Below, in pieces: positions 38,414 through 46,931 of a stretch of 64,000 nucleotides of DNA. How positions within the stretch are numbered: the stretch's first letter is position 1; each line of letters starts with the position of its first letter. This DNA comes from Gemmatimonadota bacterium. Its GTDB lineage: Bacteria > Gemmatimonadota > Gemmatimonadetes > Gemmatimonadales > GWC2-71-9. The stretch lies in assembly GCA_036679645.1 (NCBI GenBank), contig JAZDCY010000074.1, positions 35,069-99,068 on the forward strand, written 5' to 3'. The translations under genes were made by a program, and so were the position numbers. The notes beneath the pieces are model-generated. The model was not told the origin of the DNA, searched no databases, and saw only the letters and a list, made by a program, of their open reading frames with translations.

Positions 38414-38506
38414 GCTTCACGAGAAGATAGGGGCCCCCCAGGGAGTTGGCAACGCGGTACGGCGTGGGTTGAAAGGCGGTGAGGCCTGCTATAGTATCCC
38501 GGTACA

Positions 38507-39016
38507 ATGTTTCCCTTGGCCGGCGGTTCTCGAGAGGTTCTGGAGATCGATTGGACGTTCTTTGGCGAGTTGTGTCGTGGTCTCGCACTGCGCGTCGCGA
38601 CCGCCTACGATCCGGAGATCGTTGTGGGCATCGCCAAGGCCGGCGTGATTCCGGGAGTGGTCGTCGCCTCGATCCTGCAACGCGACTTTGCATCGATGGC
38701 GGTCACCCGCTCGGGCGCGGATATCCGGCCCACGTTGGTTACCGCTCCACCGCCATCCGTTCGCGGACGCCGGGTTCTCATCGTCGATGAGACCTGTGAT
38801 TCGGGGGATACCCTGAAGCTCGCGCTCGCCGTTGTGCGGGAGCACCGGCCGGCGGAGGTGAAGACTGCCGTGTCCTTCCAGACGGGTCCCTACGTGCCCG
38901 ACTTTCTTGCGCTGGCCACGGAGAGCCTGATCGTCCTTCCCTGGGACCGGGAGGTGGTATCGGACGGCGAGTTGGTGACGCGGCCCGAGTACGCCGCGTG
39001 GCTGGAAGGGCGGTAG
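38507..39016 (+). CDS. Type I phosphoribosyltransferase
   Basis: VVGIAKAG and PRPP loop VLIVDETCDSGDT; LPWD as in purine PRTases. Confidence 0.85.
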   Translation: MFPLAGGSREVLEIDWTFFGELCRGLALRVATAYDPEIVVGIAKAGVIPGVVVASILQRDFASMAVTRSGADIRPTLVTAPPPSVRGRRVLIVDETCDSGDTLKLALAVVREHRPAEVKTAVSFQTGPYVPDFLALATESLIVLPWDREVVSDGELVTRPEYAAWLEGR

Positions 39017-39017
39017 C

Positions 39018-39539
39018 TTAGCCCAACGCCTCCACATAGCTCTTGCCGGACGCGACGGCATCGAAGACCGATTGGAGTGTCTCCTGAGATCCTGCAAGGA
39101 ACCGGCACCGCGAGTCGTTGCGTGTCCTGCACTCGATTTCCATGACAGCCACATCCTGATCCGCCAGTTGGCCGAGGAACCCGGCGAGCAGGCCCGCGGT
39201 GACATGGCAGCCGGGCGTCAGCGCGTTGGCGTGTGGTTCGGCCTCGGCCCAATCGCCCGAATCTACCGCTAGGCCGCCGCCACCAACGCGTTCCACGCTC
39301 AGCGATCCCCACCCCAGGGCGGTGAAGAGGTGCTCGACAGCCAGGTCGGCGGGGTCGGCGACCCCTGCTCGCTCGTGTAGCCAGCGGGTGAACGCAGCGT
39401 AGACATCTTCGGACGCCGCAAACCCCGCTTCCTGCAACGACGCAGTGGCGGCTTCGCCGTAGTCTCGCTCCAGGACATTGCGCAAGCTGTGCAGCATGCG
39501 GTGCCCGATGCCGAGGATACCGCCGTTGAATACTGTCAT
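39018..39539 (-). CDS. V4R domain protein
   Basis: LGWG, GCHVTAGLLAGFL, EIECRTRNDSRCRF; ATG 39539 overlaps upstream stop. Confidence 0.8.
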   Translation of the reverse strand: MTVFNGGILGIGHRMLHSLRNVLERDYGEAATASLQEAGFAASEDVYAAFTRWLHERAGVADPADLAVEHLFTALGWGSLSVERVGGGGLAVDSGDWAEAEPHANALTPGCHVTAGLLAGFLGQLADQDVAVMEIECRTRNDSRCRFLAGSQETLQSVFDAVASGKSYVEALG

Positions 39540-40333
39540 CGGACTTTCCCTTCTTCCGCAAGCACGGCCATCGTGATGTCGACCAACCGGTCGAGTTCCT
39601 CTCCCGAGGCCTGCGCGAGCTGATCTTCCGGCGTGCCGTGGCGCCGTACCAGGGCATCCATGAGCCGTTGCATGTATCCCACGAATGCCGTCCGTTCCAA
39701 GTTGGCCCGTCGCTCCGCCTCTGACTGCTGATCCTGACGGCGCGAGAGCCGCTCGTAGCGATACGCGGATCGCAGCGCCTTTGCCGTGATCAGGCCCACA
39801 ACCTTGGTGAACTCGATGTCGTCGTCGGTGAAGGTGGGACCGTCCCGGAAAGTGCGCAGAAAGATGGCGCCGATGGCGACGCGCCGCCACGTGATTGGCA
39901 GCACCGTGATAGACCGCACATTGCGGTGCTCTAGGGCGCCGCGAATGTGCTTCAGGTTGGGGTCCGACTGGGCATCGGCAATGAACACCGTCTCGCCTGA
40001 CTGGATGGCGCGTTTCAGTTCCGGGTACCGCTCCAGATCCACGACGTAGTTGCGGATGCTTGGATCCTCGTACGAGGCCACGAGCCGCGCCGTGGAGCCG
40101 CCCTGCTCGGCCAGGAAGATCGAGCACCGGTCCAGTCCGAATGTCTCCCCGAGTTTTTGAGTGATCGTCTGCAGAATGTCGACGAAATTGAGCGTGCCCG
40201 AGATCTCCTGCAGCATCTCCACGAGCACCAGCAGACGTTTGCGCTCGGTCTCCAACTCGGCAATCCGCGCTGCAAGATGCGCGACATCCGGGGGGGTCTC
40301 CGTTGCTGCTTCCGCCGTGTGGGCTTCCGACAT
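39536..40333 (-). CDS. Stand-alone GAF domain protein with flanking helices
   Basis: DRCSIFL...VFIADAQSDP...SITVLPI...FTDDDIEF GAF pattern. Confidence 0.8.
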   Translation of the reverse strand: MSEAHTAEAATETPPDVAHLAARIAELETERKRLLVLVEMLQEISGTLNFVDILQTITQKLGETFGLDRCSIFLAEQGGSTARLVASYEDPSIRNYVVDLERYPELKRAIQSGETVFIADAQSDPNLKHIRGALEHRNVRSITVLPITWRRVAIGAIFLRTFRDGPTFTDDDIEFTKVVGLITAKALRSAYRYERLSRRQDQQSEAERRANLERTAFVGYMQRLMDALVRRHGTPEDQLAQASGEELDRLVDITMAVLAEEGKVR

Positions 40334-40412
40334 GTCGATGGCTCGAGAACGGGATTGGTGAACTGTATGTGCTCTCGACGAGAGATCGTCAAGTCGGTAA
40401 CATACCAACAAT

Positions 40413-40688
40413 ATGCATCGTGTGGCGCTCGTACTCGGGCTGGTCGGCAGCTTGTCGGCTCAGGAGGTCCCCTCGGCTCCGGCACCGGTGGAGCAACTGC
40501 CCGGAGCGGGCCGGCCCATCGATATCGCCGCCACCGCCGCGGGCGATCTGGTCGTCGTAGACATCGGTGCCGAATACGGGCAGTATAGTGCCGATGTCAC
40601 GCGGACGTTGCCGGTCAATGGCACGTTCACGGCGCGCCACGCACGGTTAAGCCATCGAAGCGCTGATGCGCGTACGATCCCGCGCTGA
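40413..40688 (+). pseudogene. Xaa-Pro aminopeptidase (M24) remnant
   Basis: Signal-peptide N-terminus joined directly to GDLVVVDIGAEYGQYSADVTRTLPVNGTFT (M24 metal-ligand segment), then early stop. Confidence 0.7.
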
Positions 40689-40706
40689 GGCGCCCGCGAG
40701 GAGACC

Positions 40707-41036
40707 ATGACGAAACACGAAGACGAAGAACTCGAGTTCGAGGACGAGCTCGAGGACGATGACGATGACGAGGACGCCGTTCTCGAGGAGGACTCGGTCA
40801 ACGGTCGCGGCGCCGCCGCCGGGTTCGCCATGGGGCTCATCTTGGGTGCCATTCTCGGGGCGGGGGCCGCACTCCTGCTCGCGCCACAACGAGGTGACCT
40901 GACACGCCGTCGGATTCGGCGGCAGTTCCGCGACTTGCGGGACGAGGCGGCAGGCCATGTGGGGGAGTGGCGCGACGAGGCTCGGCGCGAACTGCGACGT
41001 CAGCGCAAGCGACTCCGCCGCCGCCGGTCGAATTAG
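40707..41036 (+). CDS. YtxH-like membrane protein with acidic N-terminus
   Basis: GLILGAILGAGAALLLAPQRG YtxH motif; GAGGAG RBS. Confidence 0.85.
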   Translation: MTKHEDEELEFEDELEDDDDDEDAVLEEDSVNGRGAAAGFAMGLILGAILGAGAALLLAPQRGDLTRRRIRRQFRDLRDEAAGHVGEWRDEARRELRRQRKRLRRRRSN

Positions 41037-41043
41037 CGGCCCG

Positions 41044-41832
41044 TCACGACTTGTTGCGTATCTCCTCGCTCAGACGGGCGGCGTCCTCCCGGTACTCCGG
41101 GTCCAGCACGTCGCCATCGGGCAGACCGGGGATGGCGTCGAGTTGTGCCCGTGCATCTTGGTACCGATCCACGTCGATGTAGATCTGTGCCAATTCCAGG
41201 TGATGGTGGATGTACGCCGGATTGAGTTCGACCGCTCGTTCGAGATGGACGGCGGCCGAGTCCCAGTCGGCACGGTCCATGAACCGCGCGCCCATGAACG
41301 TCTTGGCGAAGAACCGCTCGATAGCGGAGAGCCTTTTGACTTCCGCGTGCCATGCGCCAAGAATGTGATGCGCGCCGTCGTGGGCAGGATTGAGGGCAAT
41401 GGCGCGCGCCGCCTCGTCATAGATGGAACGCCCAAAGTGGACGCGCTCCTGGCCTCGTTTGGTGAGGGATTGCTGTCCGAGTACGAGAGCCACTGCAAAG
41501 TGAGCGTCGGCGTTGGCGGAATCGGCGACCACCGCTCGGTCGGCGAACTCGCGCGCGACGGCATAGATCGAATCGCGCGTTTTTCGGTTACCTCGATCGT
41601 CACCGACGATCTGCTTGGCGATATCGACCTGTGAGCGTGCTGCGCGCCAGAGCAAATCGACGTTGGCGGGCTCTTGGACGAGCCCCGCGCGGTACGCCGC
41701 CAGCGCCTCGACGGGGTCCAGGGCCAGGTGGAGGCTGTCTCCACGGACCATCTGTTCGTCCGCCGTCTGCGCAACCGCGACCGGCGCCGCGACGGCTAGG
41801 ACGACCATGCACTCGAGCGTCACACGTCGCAT
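41044..41832 (-). CDS. Exported TPR-like helical repeat protein
   Basis: Signal peptide, LLWRAARSQ, AIALNPAHDGAHHILG, LERAVELNP; start uncertain. Confidence 0.75.
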   Translation of the reverse strand: MRRVTLECMVVLAVAAPVAVAQTADEQMVRGDSLHLALDPVEALAAYRAGLVQEPANVDLLWRAARSQVDIAKQIVGDDRGNRKTRDSIYAVAREFADRAVVADSANADAHFAVALVLGQQSLTKRGQERVHFGRSIYDEAARAIALNPAHDGAHHILGAWHAEVKRLSAIERFFAKTFMGARFMDRADWDSAAVHLERAVELNPAYIHHHLELAQIYIDVDRYQDARAQLDAIPGLPDGDVLDPEYREDAARLSEEIRNKS

Positions 41833-41874
41833 GAGAACGACCCCCATATTGCCGCGTGGTGAGCAATCCTCAGA

Positions 41875-43203
41875 ATGCTGACGACCACGCTCATCGAGCG
41901 CAAGCGGGACGGCGGTGCTCTCACGCCGGACGAGTGGTCCGATCTGATTGCTAAGTACACCGCGGATCAGGTGCCCGACTACCAGATGGCTGCCTTGCTG
42001 ATGGCCGTGATGTACAACGGGTTGACAGCGGTAGAGCTGGGCGCCGTGACCGACGCGATGGTGGGCTCGGGCAAATCGCTCGTATTCGGCGATGGTGTTC
42101 CGCCCAGGGTAGACAAGCACTCGACCGGTGGGGTCGGTGACAAGGTCTCGCTCGTGCTCGCGCCGCTGGTGCAGGCATGTGGCCTCGCGGTTCCCATGAT
42201 GTCTGGTCGCGGACTCGGCCACACCGGTGGCACGCTCGACAAGTTGGAGGCAATTCCCGGCTTCCGCACGACGCTCACGCTGGGGGAGGTGCAGCGCCAG
42301 GTGGAAGGCATTGGTGTCGCGCTCTTTGGTCAAACCCCCGAGATCGCGCCCGCCGACCGGAAACTGTACGCGTTACGCGATGCGACGTCGACGGTTGAAT
42401 CGATCCCACTGATTGCAGCGAGCATCATGTCGAAGAAACTGGCAGAGGGGCTGAACGGTCTGGTTCTCGACGTGAAACATGGAAGCGGCGCGTTTCTCCA
42501 CAGTCTCGATCAGCGGTTGGAACTCGCGCAGACGATGATCGGGCTGGGGGCAGACCGGGGCTGCCCCACCGTGGCCTTGCTCACGGCCATGGATCGTCCG
42601 CTAGGGCGAGCGTGCGGTAATGCGCTCGAGACGGAAGAAGCGTTCCTGGCGCTCACGGGTGAGGGGCCCGACGATCTCATGGCCGTGACATACGCGCTGG
42701 GGGCGGAGATGCTCGTCCTGGGCCGGGCGGCGGCAGATCGTGGGGAAGCCCTCGGTCTGCTCGAGCGTGCGATCGCGTCGGGGCGTGCGGCGGAGGCCTG
42801 TCGGGCGATTCTCGTGGCGCAGGGCGGCAATCCCCGGGTGCTCGACGATCCGGCCACGCTCCCGCAGGCCCGCACCATAGAAGTGTTCGAGGCACGTGCG
42901 TCTGGTCTCGTCGAGGAAGTGGAACCACGGACGATCGGACAGGCGATCGTCGCGATGGGAGGAGGTCGCCGGACCATCGACGATCAAATCGATCATTCAG
43001 TTGGTTTTGTGATTACGGCTAAACCGGGAGACCGGGTGGAGCGCGGTCAGCCGATCGCGACCATCCACGCGCGCGATACCATGACGGAAGAGATAGGACG
43101 GGACGCGTTGGCCAGCGCCATTCGCATCGGTGAGGGGCCGGCCGATCCTTTACCTCTCATCTCGCATCGGGTGACGAGCGCCGGCGTCGAAGCGCTCGCC
43201 TGA
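41875..43203 (+). CDS. pdp: Thymidine/pyrimidine-nucleoside phosphorylase
   Basis: DKHSTGGVGDK, SGRGLGHTGGTLDKLE, YALRDAT, SIMSKKLA. Confidence 0.95.
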   Translation: MLTTTLIERKRDGGALTPDEWSDLIAKYTADQVPDYQMAALLMAVMYNGLTAVELGAVTDAMVGSGKSLVFGDGVPPRVDKHSTGGVGDKVSLVLAPLVQACGLAVPMMSGRGLGHTGGTLDKLEAIPGFRTTLTLGEVQRQVEGIGVALFGQTPEIAPADRKLYALRDATSTVESIPLIAASIMSKKLAEGLNGLVLDVKHGSGAFLHSLDQRLELAQTMIGLGADRGCPTVALLTAMDRPLGRACGNALETEEAFLALTGEGPDDLMAVTYALGAEMLVLGRAAADRGEALGLLERAIASGRAAEACRAILVAQGGNPRVLDDPATLPQARTIEVFEARASGLVEEVEPRTIGQAIVAMGGGRRTIDDQIDHSVGFVITAKPGDRVERGQPIATIHARDTMTEEIGRDALASAIRIGEGPADPLPLISHRVTSAGVEALA

Positions 43204-43205
43204 CC

Positions 43206-43415
43206 TCAGGAACGCGGCGCGCCCGGTCCCCAATCGGGTAGCTGATCGTCGGCGTCCTCAGGCGACGTCATTGCGTGGAGATCGCGTACCTCGCGTTCGG
43301 CCGCTTCCAGTGCCTCACGGTCCACGTCGTCACTCGCTCGTGTCGGCCCTCGAGGCCGCCGCACGATCCACGCTACTAGCGCTGCGACGGCCAACGCGGC
43401 AAAGACCAGCCACAT
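43206..43415 (-). CDS. Small single-pass membrane protein
   Basis: N-terminal TM helix, acidic tail ending DWGPGAP; 3 nt downstream of the groES-like gene. Confidence 0.65.
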   Translation of the reverse strand: MWLVFAALAVAALVAWIVRRPRGPTRASDDVDREALEAAEREVRDLHAMTSPEDADDQLPDWGPGAPRS

Positions 43416-43418
43416 CGG

Positions 43419-43814
43419 TTACGGCTCGGTCAGTTCTCGGAGCGCGTCGGGCCGGCGCACCAGGATCAAAATCGCCGCCTGTGGCACGACGAGATAGCTC
43501 TTGCCCTCGAACGTGATCTCCACCGCCGCCTTGCGGAAGAACAGGGCAAAGTCTCCCACCCGCGCCTGCATCGGCACGTACTTGGTACCGCCTGACGGAA
43601 TACGCCACGGCTCGTCGTCCAGCGACGCCGGTTCCGAGATAGGCGTGCCGGGACCGGTAGCGATGATGCGGCCGCCCTGTACCGCCTGCCGGTCTACCGC
43701 GGTCTGCGGCAAGTAAAGACCAACGTTGGTGCGCTCTTCCCCAGCCTCCGGCTGGACCAGAATACGGTCGCCGACGACCACGAGGTCTTTGTGGGCTTTG
43801 GGCGGCCCTTTCAT
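43419..43814 (-). CDS. GroES-family co-chaperonin (stand-alone)
   Basis: VVGDRILVQP, GLYLP, GRIIATGPG, VGD, EITFEGKSYLVV; ATGA overlap with peptidase stop. Confidence 0.85.
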   Translation of the reverse strand: MKGPPKAHKDLVVVGDRILVQPEAGEERTNVGLYLPQTAVDRQAVQGGRIIATGPGTPISEPASLDDEPWRIPSGGTKYVPMQARVGDFALFFRKAAVEITFEGKSYLVVPQAAILILVRRPDALRELTEP

Positions 43815-45835
43815 CGCATGCTCACGTCCCGCCGCGTCATGTATCGCTCGAACCACGCGCGCAGGTAGAGCTGCGTCCGCATGTAATTCGAGGGGCGGCT
43901 GCTCGTGCCATGCCACTCGTTCTTGAAGCGCAACATCGCGGTGGGGATGTCGCGGTACCGTAGCGCCTGGTAGAACTCCTCCGTCTGGCCCATGGGTGTA
44001 CGCAGGTCGTTTTCGCCTGTCATCAGCATGGTCGGCGTCGTCACGTTGCCGACGTACATGATCGGGGAACGACGCAGGTGCTCCGAGGGATCGTTCCACG
44101 GGAGGCTGTCGAAGTTGCGGTACCACGTGGGGCCGTCGGTCGTGCCGACAAACGACATCCAGTTGGTAACGGGGCAATTGGCGGACGCGGCCGCGAAGCG
44201 ATCTGTGTGTCCCACTGTCCACGACGTCAACACGCCGCCTCCGCTGCAGCCGTAGACGAACAGGTTGTCCTCATCTATGTAGCCACGCCCGAGCAGCGTA
44301 TCCACGCCAGCCATCAGATCGTTGTAGTCCTTCCCGGGGTAGGCGCGCTTGATGGCGTTCCCGAAGGCGCTCCCGTACCCGGCGCTGCCGCGGGGGTTGG
44401 TGTAGAGCACGACATATCCGTTTGCGGCGTGATTCTGCCATCCGAAGTTGAATCCGACGCCGTACATGCCATGCGGACCGCCGTGAATGGCGAGCATCAT
44501 CGGGTAGCTTCGCGACGGGTCGAAGTCGGGCGGTTTCACGATCCAGCCCTGGATGCGATAGCCGTCGAGCGACGTATACCAGATCTCCTCCACGTCACCC
44601 AACCGCCTGCCATGCAGAATGTCGTCGTTTACGTGCGTCAGTTCCGTGATCTGTTGCGGGCGGCGCACGTTGAGTGTGACGATGTCGCCCGGCTCGTGAA
44701 AGCTCGTGCGCGTGCCGACCACCTGGCCGCGATCGGTCATGCTCCCGAGGCTGAGAAGGTGGGTGCCCTCCGTGAGTTGGCGCTGCTCCCCATTGAGCGC
44801 GGCGTAATGGAGTTGGGACCGGCCCTCGTTGCGGGCAACGAAGTAGAGCCCGCGGCTGTCCGAGGCCCACGTGAGTTGCCGTGGCGACCGATCCAGATTG
44901 CCGGAGATTTCTCGGGGGTTCGAGCCGTCGAGTCCCATCACGTACAGCTTGGAGGTGATGTAGGTGTCGTCGGTCCAGTCGTACCCCGTGTACGCCACCC
45001 AACGGCCATCGGGAGACACACGCGGTCCGCCATCGGGGCCGTGTCGCGATGTGAGTTGGCGGATCGTCTTTGTGGCGACGTTGACCGCGTAGACCTCCGA
45101 TTCGCGCCACTGATGCTCCGCGTCATCGACGCGCAACGAGGAGAACAAGATCTCGGCACCGTCCGGTGTCCAGGCAACTCCGCGGTGGTTCCAGTCACCG
45201 TCGGTGAGCCGCCGGGCGGTTCCTCCGCCCGCCGGGACGACGAACAGATGGCGGTATCCGTCATCGATGAATCCCTGGCGATCACGGCGGTAGCGCAATC
45301 GGGTTACGATCTTGGGCTTGCCGGTCCATTCCGCTCCTTCGGGACGGTCCGGCAGGTCGATCTGTGGGAAATCGCTGCGCGATGGCACAGTCATGATGAA
45401 CCCTATCGACTCGCCGGACGGAGCCCATGCGATGCTCGAAGGGTTCTCCTCGACGCGCGTGATCTGTGTCTCGGCACCCTCAGCGTCCATCCACCGGACG
45501 AAGATCTGTGACCCGCGCGGTTCTTCCGAGCGCGTGAAAGCCAGGCGCGTACCGTCCGGCGACCACCTGGGAGACGACCCCTCGGTGAGGAATCGATTGC
45601 GCGATCCGTCGGCGTTCATGATCCAGAGAGATGATTCCCAGCGGTCCTTTATCTGATCCACCCACCGCCGGGTGTACACGATATTCTTGCCGTCGGGGGA
45701 AATCTGTGGGTCGCTTACGCGCTCGGAATTGAGGAACAGGTCGAGCGTGAGGAGGTCGTCACGATCCTCCTGGGCAACCACGAGCGACGGAAGGGCAAGG
45801 GCCAGAAGCAGCCCAGCGACAAGACGGCCTAACAT
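43811..45835 (-). CDS. S9 family peptidase with beta-propeller, exported
   Basis: Signal peptide, WSPDG repeats, HGGP, nucleophile GCSGGG, GENDLRTP, EWHG; AGGAG RBS. Confidence 0.92.
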   Translation of the reverse strand: MLGRLVAGLLLALALPSLVVAQEDRDDLLTLDLFLNSERVSDPQISPDGKNIVYTRRWVDQIKDRWESSLWIMNADGSRNRFLTEGSSPRWSPDGTRLAFTRSEEPRGSQIFVRWMDAEGAETQITRVEENPSSIAWAPSGESIGFIMTVPSRSDFPQIDLPDRPEGAEWTGKPKIVTRLRYRRDRQGFIDDGYRHLFVVPAGGGTARRLTDGDWNHRGVAWTPDGAEILFSSLRVDDAEHQWRESEVYAVNVATKTIRQLTSRHGPDGGPRVSPDGRWVAYTGYDWTDDTYITSKLYVMGLDGSNPREISGNLDRSPRQLTWASDSRGLYFVARNEGRSQLHYAALNGEQRQLTEGTHLLSLGSMTDRGQVVGTRTSFHEPGDIVTLNVRRPQQITELTHVNDDILHGRRLGDVEEIWYTSLDGYRIQGWIVKPPDFDPSRSYPMMLAIHGGPHGMYGVGFNFGWQNHAANGYVVLYTNPRGSAGYGSAFGNAIKRAYPGKDYNDLMAGVDTLLGRGYIDEDNLFVYGCSGGGVLTSWTVGHTDRFAAASANCPVTNWMSFVGTTDGPTWYRNFDSLPWNDPSEHLRRSPIMYVGNVTTPTMLMTGENDLRTPMGQTEEFYQALRYRDIPTAMLRFKNEWHGTSSRPSNYMRTQLYLRAWFERYMTRRDVSMR

Positions 45836-46042
45836 GGCACACTCCTGTGAGGTATCGACCTCGCAATTGACAGCGCGGCGACGAGCCTGGCAAGGCAAGG
45901 CAGTCGACATCCGAGAGGCCGCACCCAGGATGCAGTACGACCTCCGGCTCGACCCGAGTGGCCCCGGTGCACGCCCACTTCAAGCCTGCGTGGCTGAGGC
46001 GTACGGTTGACCGCGCGCGTCGTGCAGTGCAACGTATTCCAC

Positions 46043-46843
46043 ATGCGAGGCCTGGTCGTATTGCTCGTCGTGGCAGCGGGCTGCACACAGCCCGGCGACG
46101 ATCTCACCGCGCTGTTCGACAATCCGGCGGCCTGGATCGATCTGTCGTATGCATTCGACGCGCAGACGATCTACTGGCCAACTGCGGAGTCATTTTCGTT
46201 GGAGTCCGTCGCGGCCGGCATGACCGAGGGCGGCTACTACTACGCGGCGAACAACTTCCGCGCGGCCGAGCACGGCGGTACGCACCTTGACGCACCCGCC
46301 CACTTTGCCGATGGCCGGCACACGACAGATGAGATCCCGCTGGCACACCTCACGGGGCCGGCGGTCGTGATCGATGTCATGGAGGCCGCGTCTCAAAACC
46401 GCGACTACCTTGCCGGCGTCGAGGACCTTGAGCGGTACGAGGCGGTCTACGGGCCCATCCCGAACGGAGCTATCGTGCTGTTTCGCACTGGGTGGGGGCG
46501 GTTCTGGCCGGATCCGGAACGCTATCTGGGGACCGCATTACGGGGCGATGCGGCGGTACCGCTGTTGCATTTTCCCGGTATCGATCCCGTCGCCGCGCGC
46601 TGGTTGGTTAGTGAAAGACGGATCGACGCCGTGGGGATCGATACGCCCAGCATCGACTACGGGCAATCCGCTACGTTCGACACGCACCAGATTCTCTTTG
46701 CCGAGAACATTCCCGCATTCGAGAATGTCGCGAACCTCGATCGTGTGCCGGAGCAGGGAGCGTTCGTCATTGCCCTGCCCATGAAGATCGCGGGTGGCAG
46801 CGGCGGGCCGCTGAGAGTGGTTGCGTTGGTACCACCGTCGTAG
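46043..46843 (+). CDS. Cyclase family (kynurenine formamidase-like) lipoprotein
   Basis: Lipobox AAGC, EHGGTHLDAPAH, GIDTPSID, ENVANL, GGPLR. Confidence 0.9.
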   Translation: MRGLVVLLVVAAGCTQPGDDLTALFDNPAAWIDLSYAFDAQTIYWPTAESFSLESVAAGMTEGGYYYAANNFRAAEHGGTHLDAPAHFADGRHTTDEIPLAHLTGPAVVIDVMEAASQNRDYLAGVEDLERYEAVYGPIPNGAIVLFRTGWGRFWPDPERYLGTALRGDAAVPLLHFPGIDPVAARWLVSERRIDAVGIDTPSIDYGQSATFDTHQILFAENIPAFENVANLDRVPEQGAFVIALPMKIAGGSGGPLRVVALVPPS

Positions 46844-46847
46844 AAAA

Positions 46848-46931
46848 GGGCGATGAGAGGGGCGATGGTTGGGTGAACCCCGGTCATCGCCCCAATCATC
46901 GCCTCCCACATCGCCCCTACCATCGCCCTCT
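46848..46931. repeat. 12-bp-period inverted repeat element
   Basis: GGGCGATG at 46848 and 46860; CATCGCC at 46885, 46897, 46909, 46921; between convergent genes. Confidence 0.8.

Noticed and set aside
39540..40127. 369-aa ORF 39018-40127 as one protein
   Set aside because: Its N-terminal part overlaps the GAF gene out of frame; the V4R protein starts at ATG 39539.
44078..45511. Long antisense ORFs (also 29196-30518, 50963-52177, 8795-9820 and many others)
   Set aside because: Shadow frames of well-supported genes, expected at high GC; no motifs of their own.
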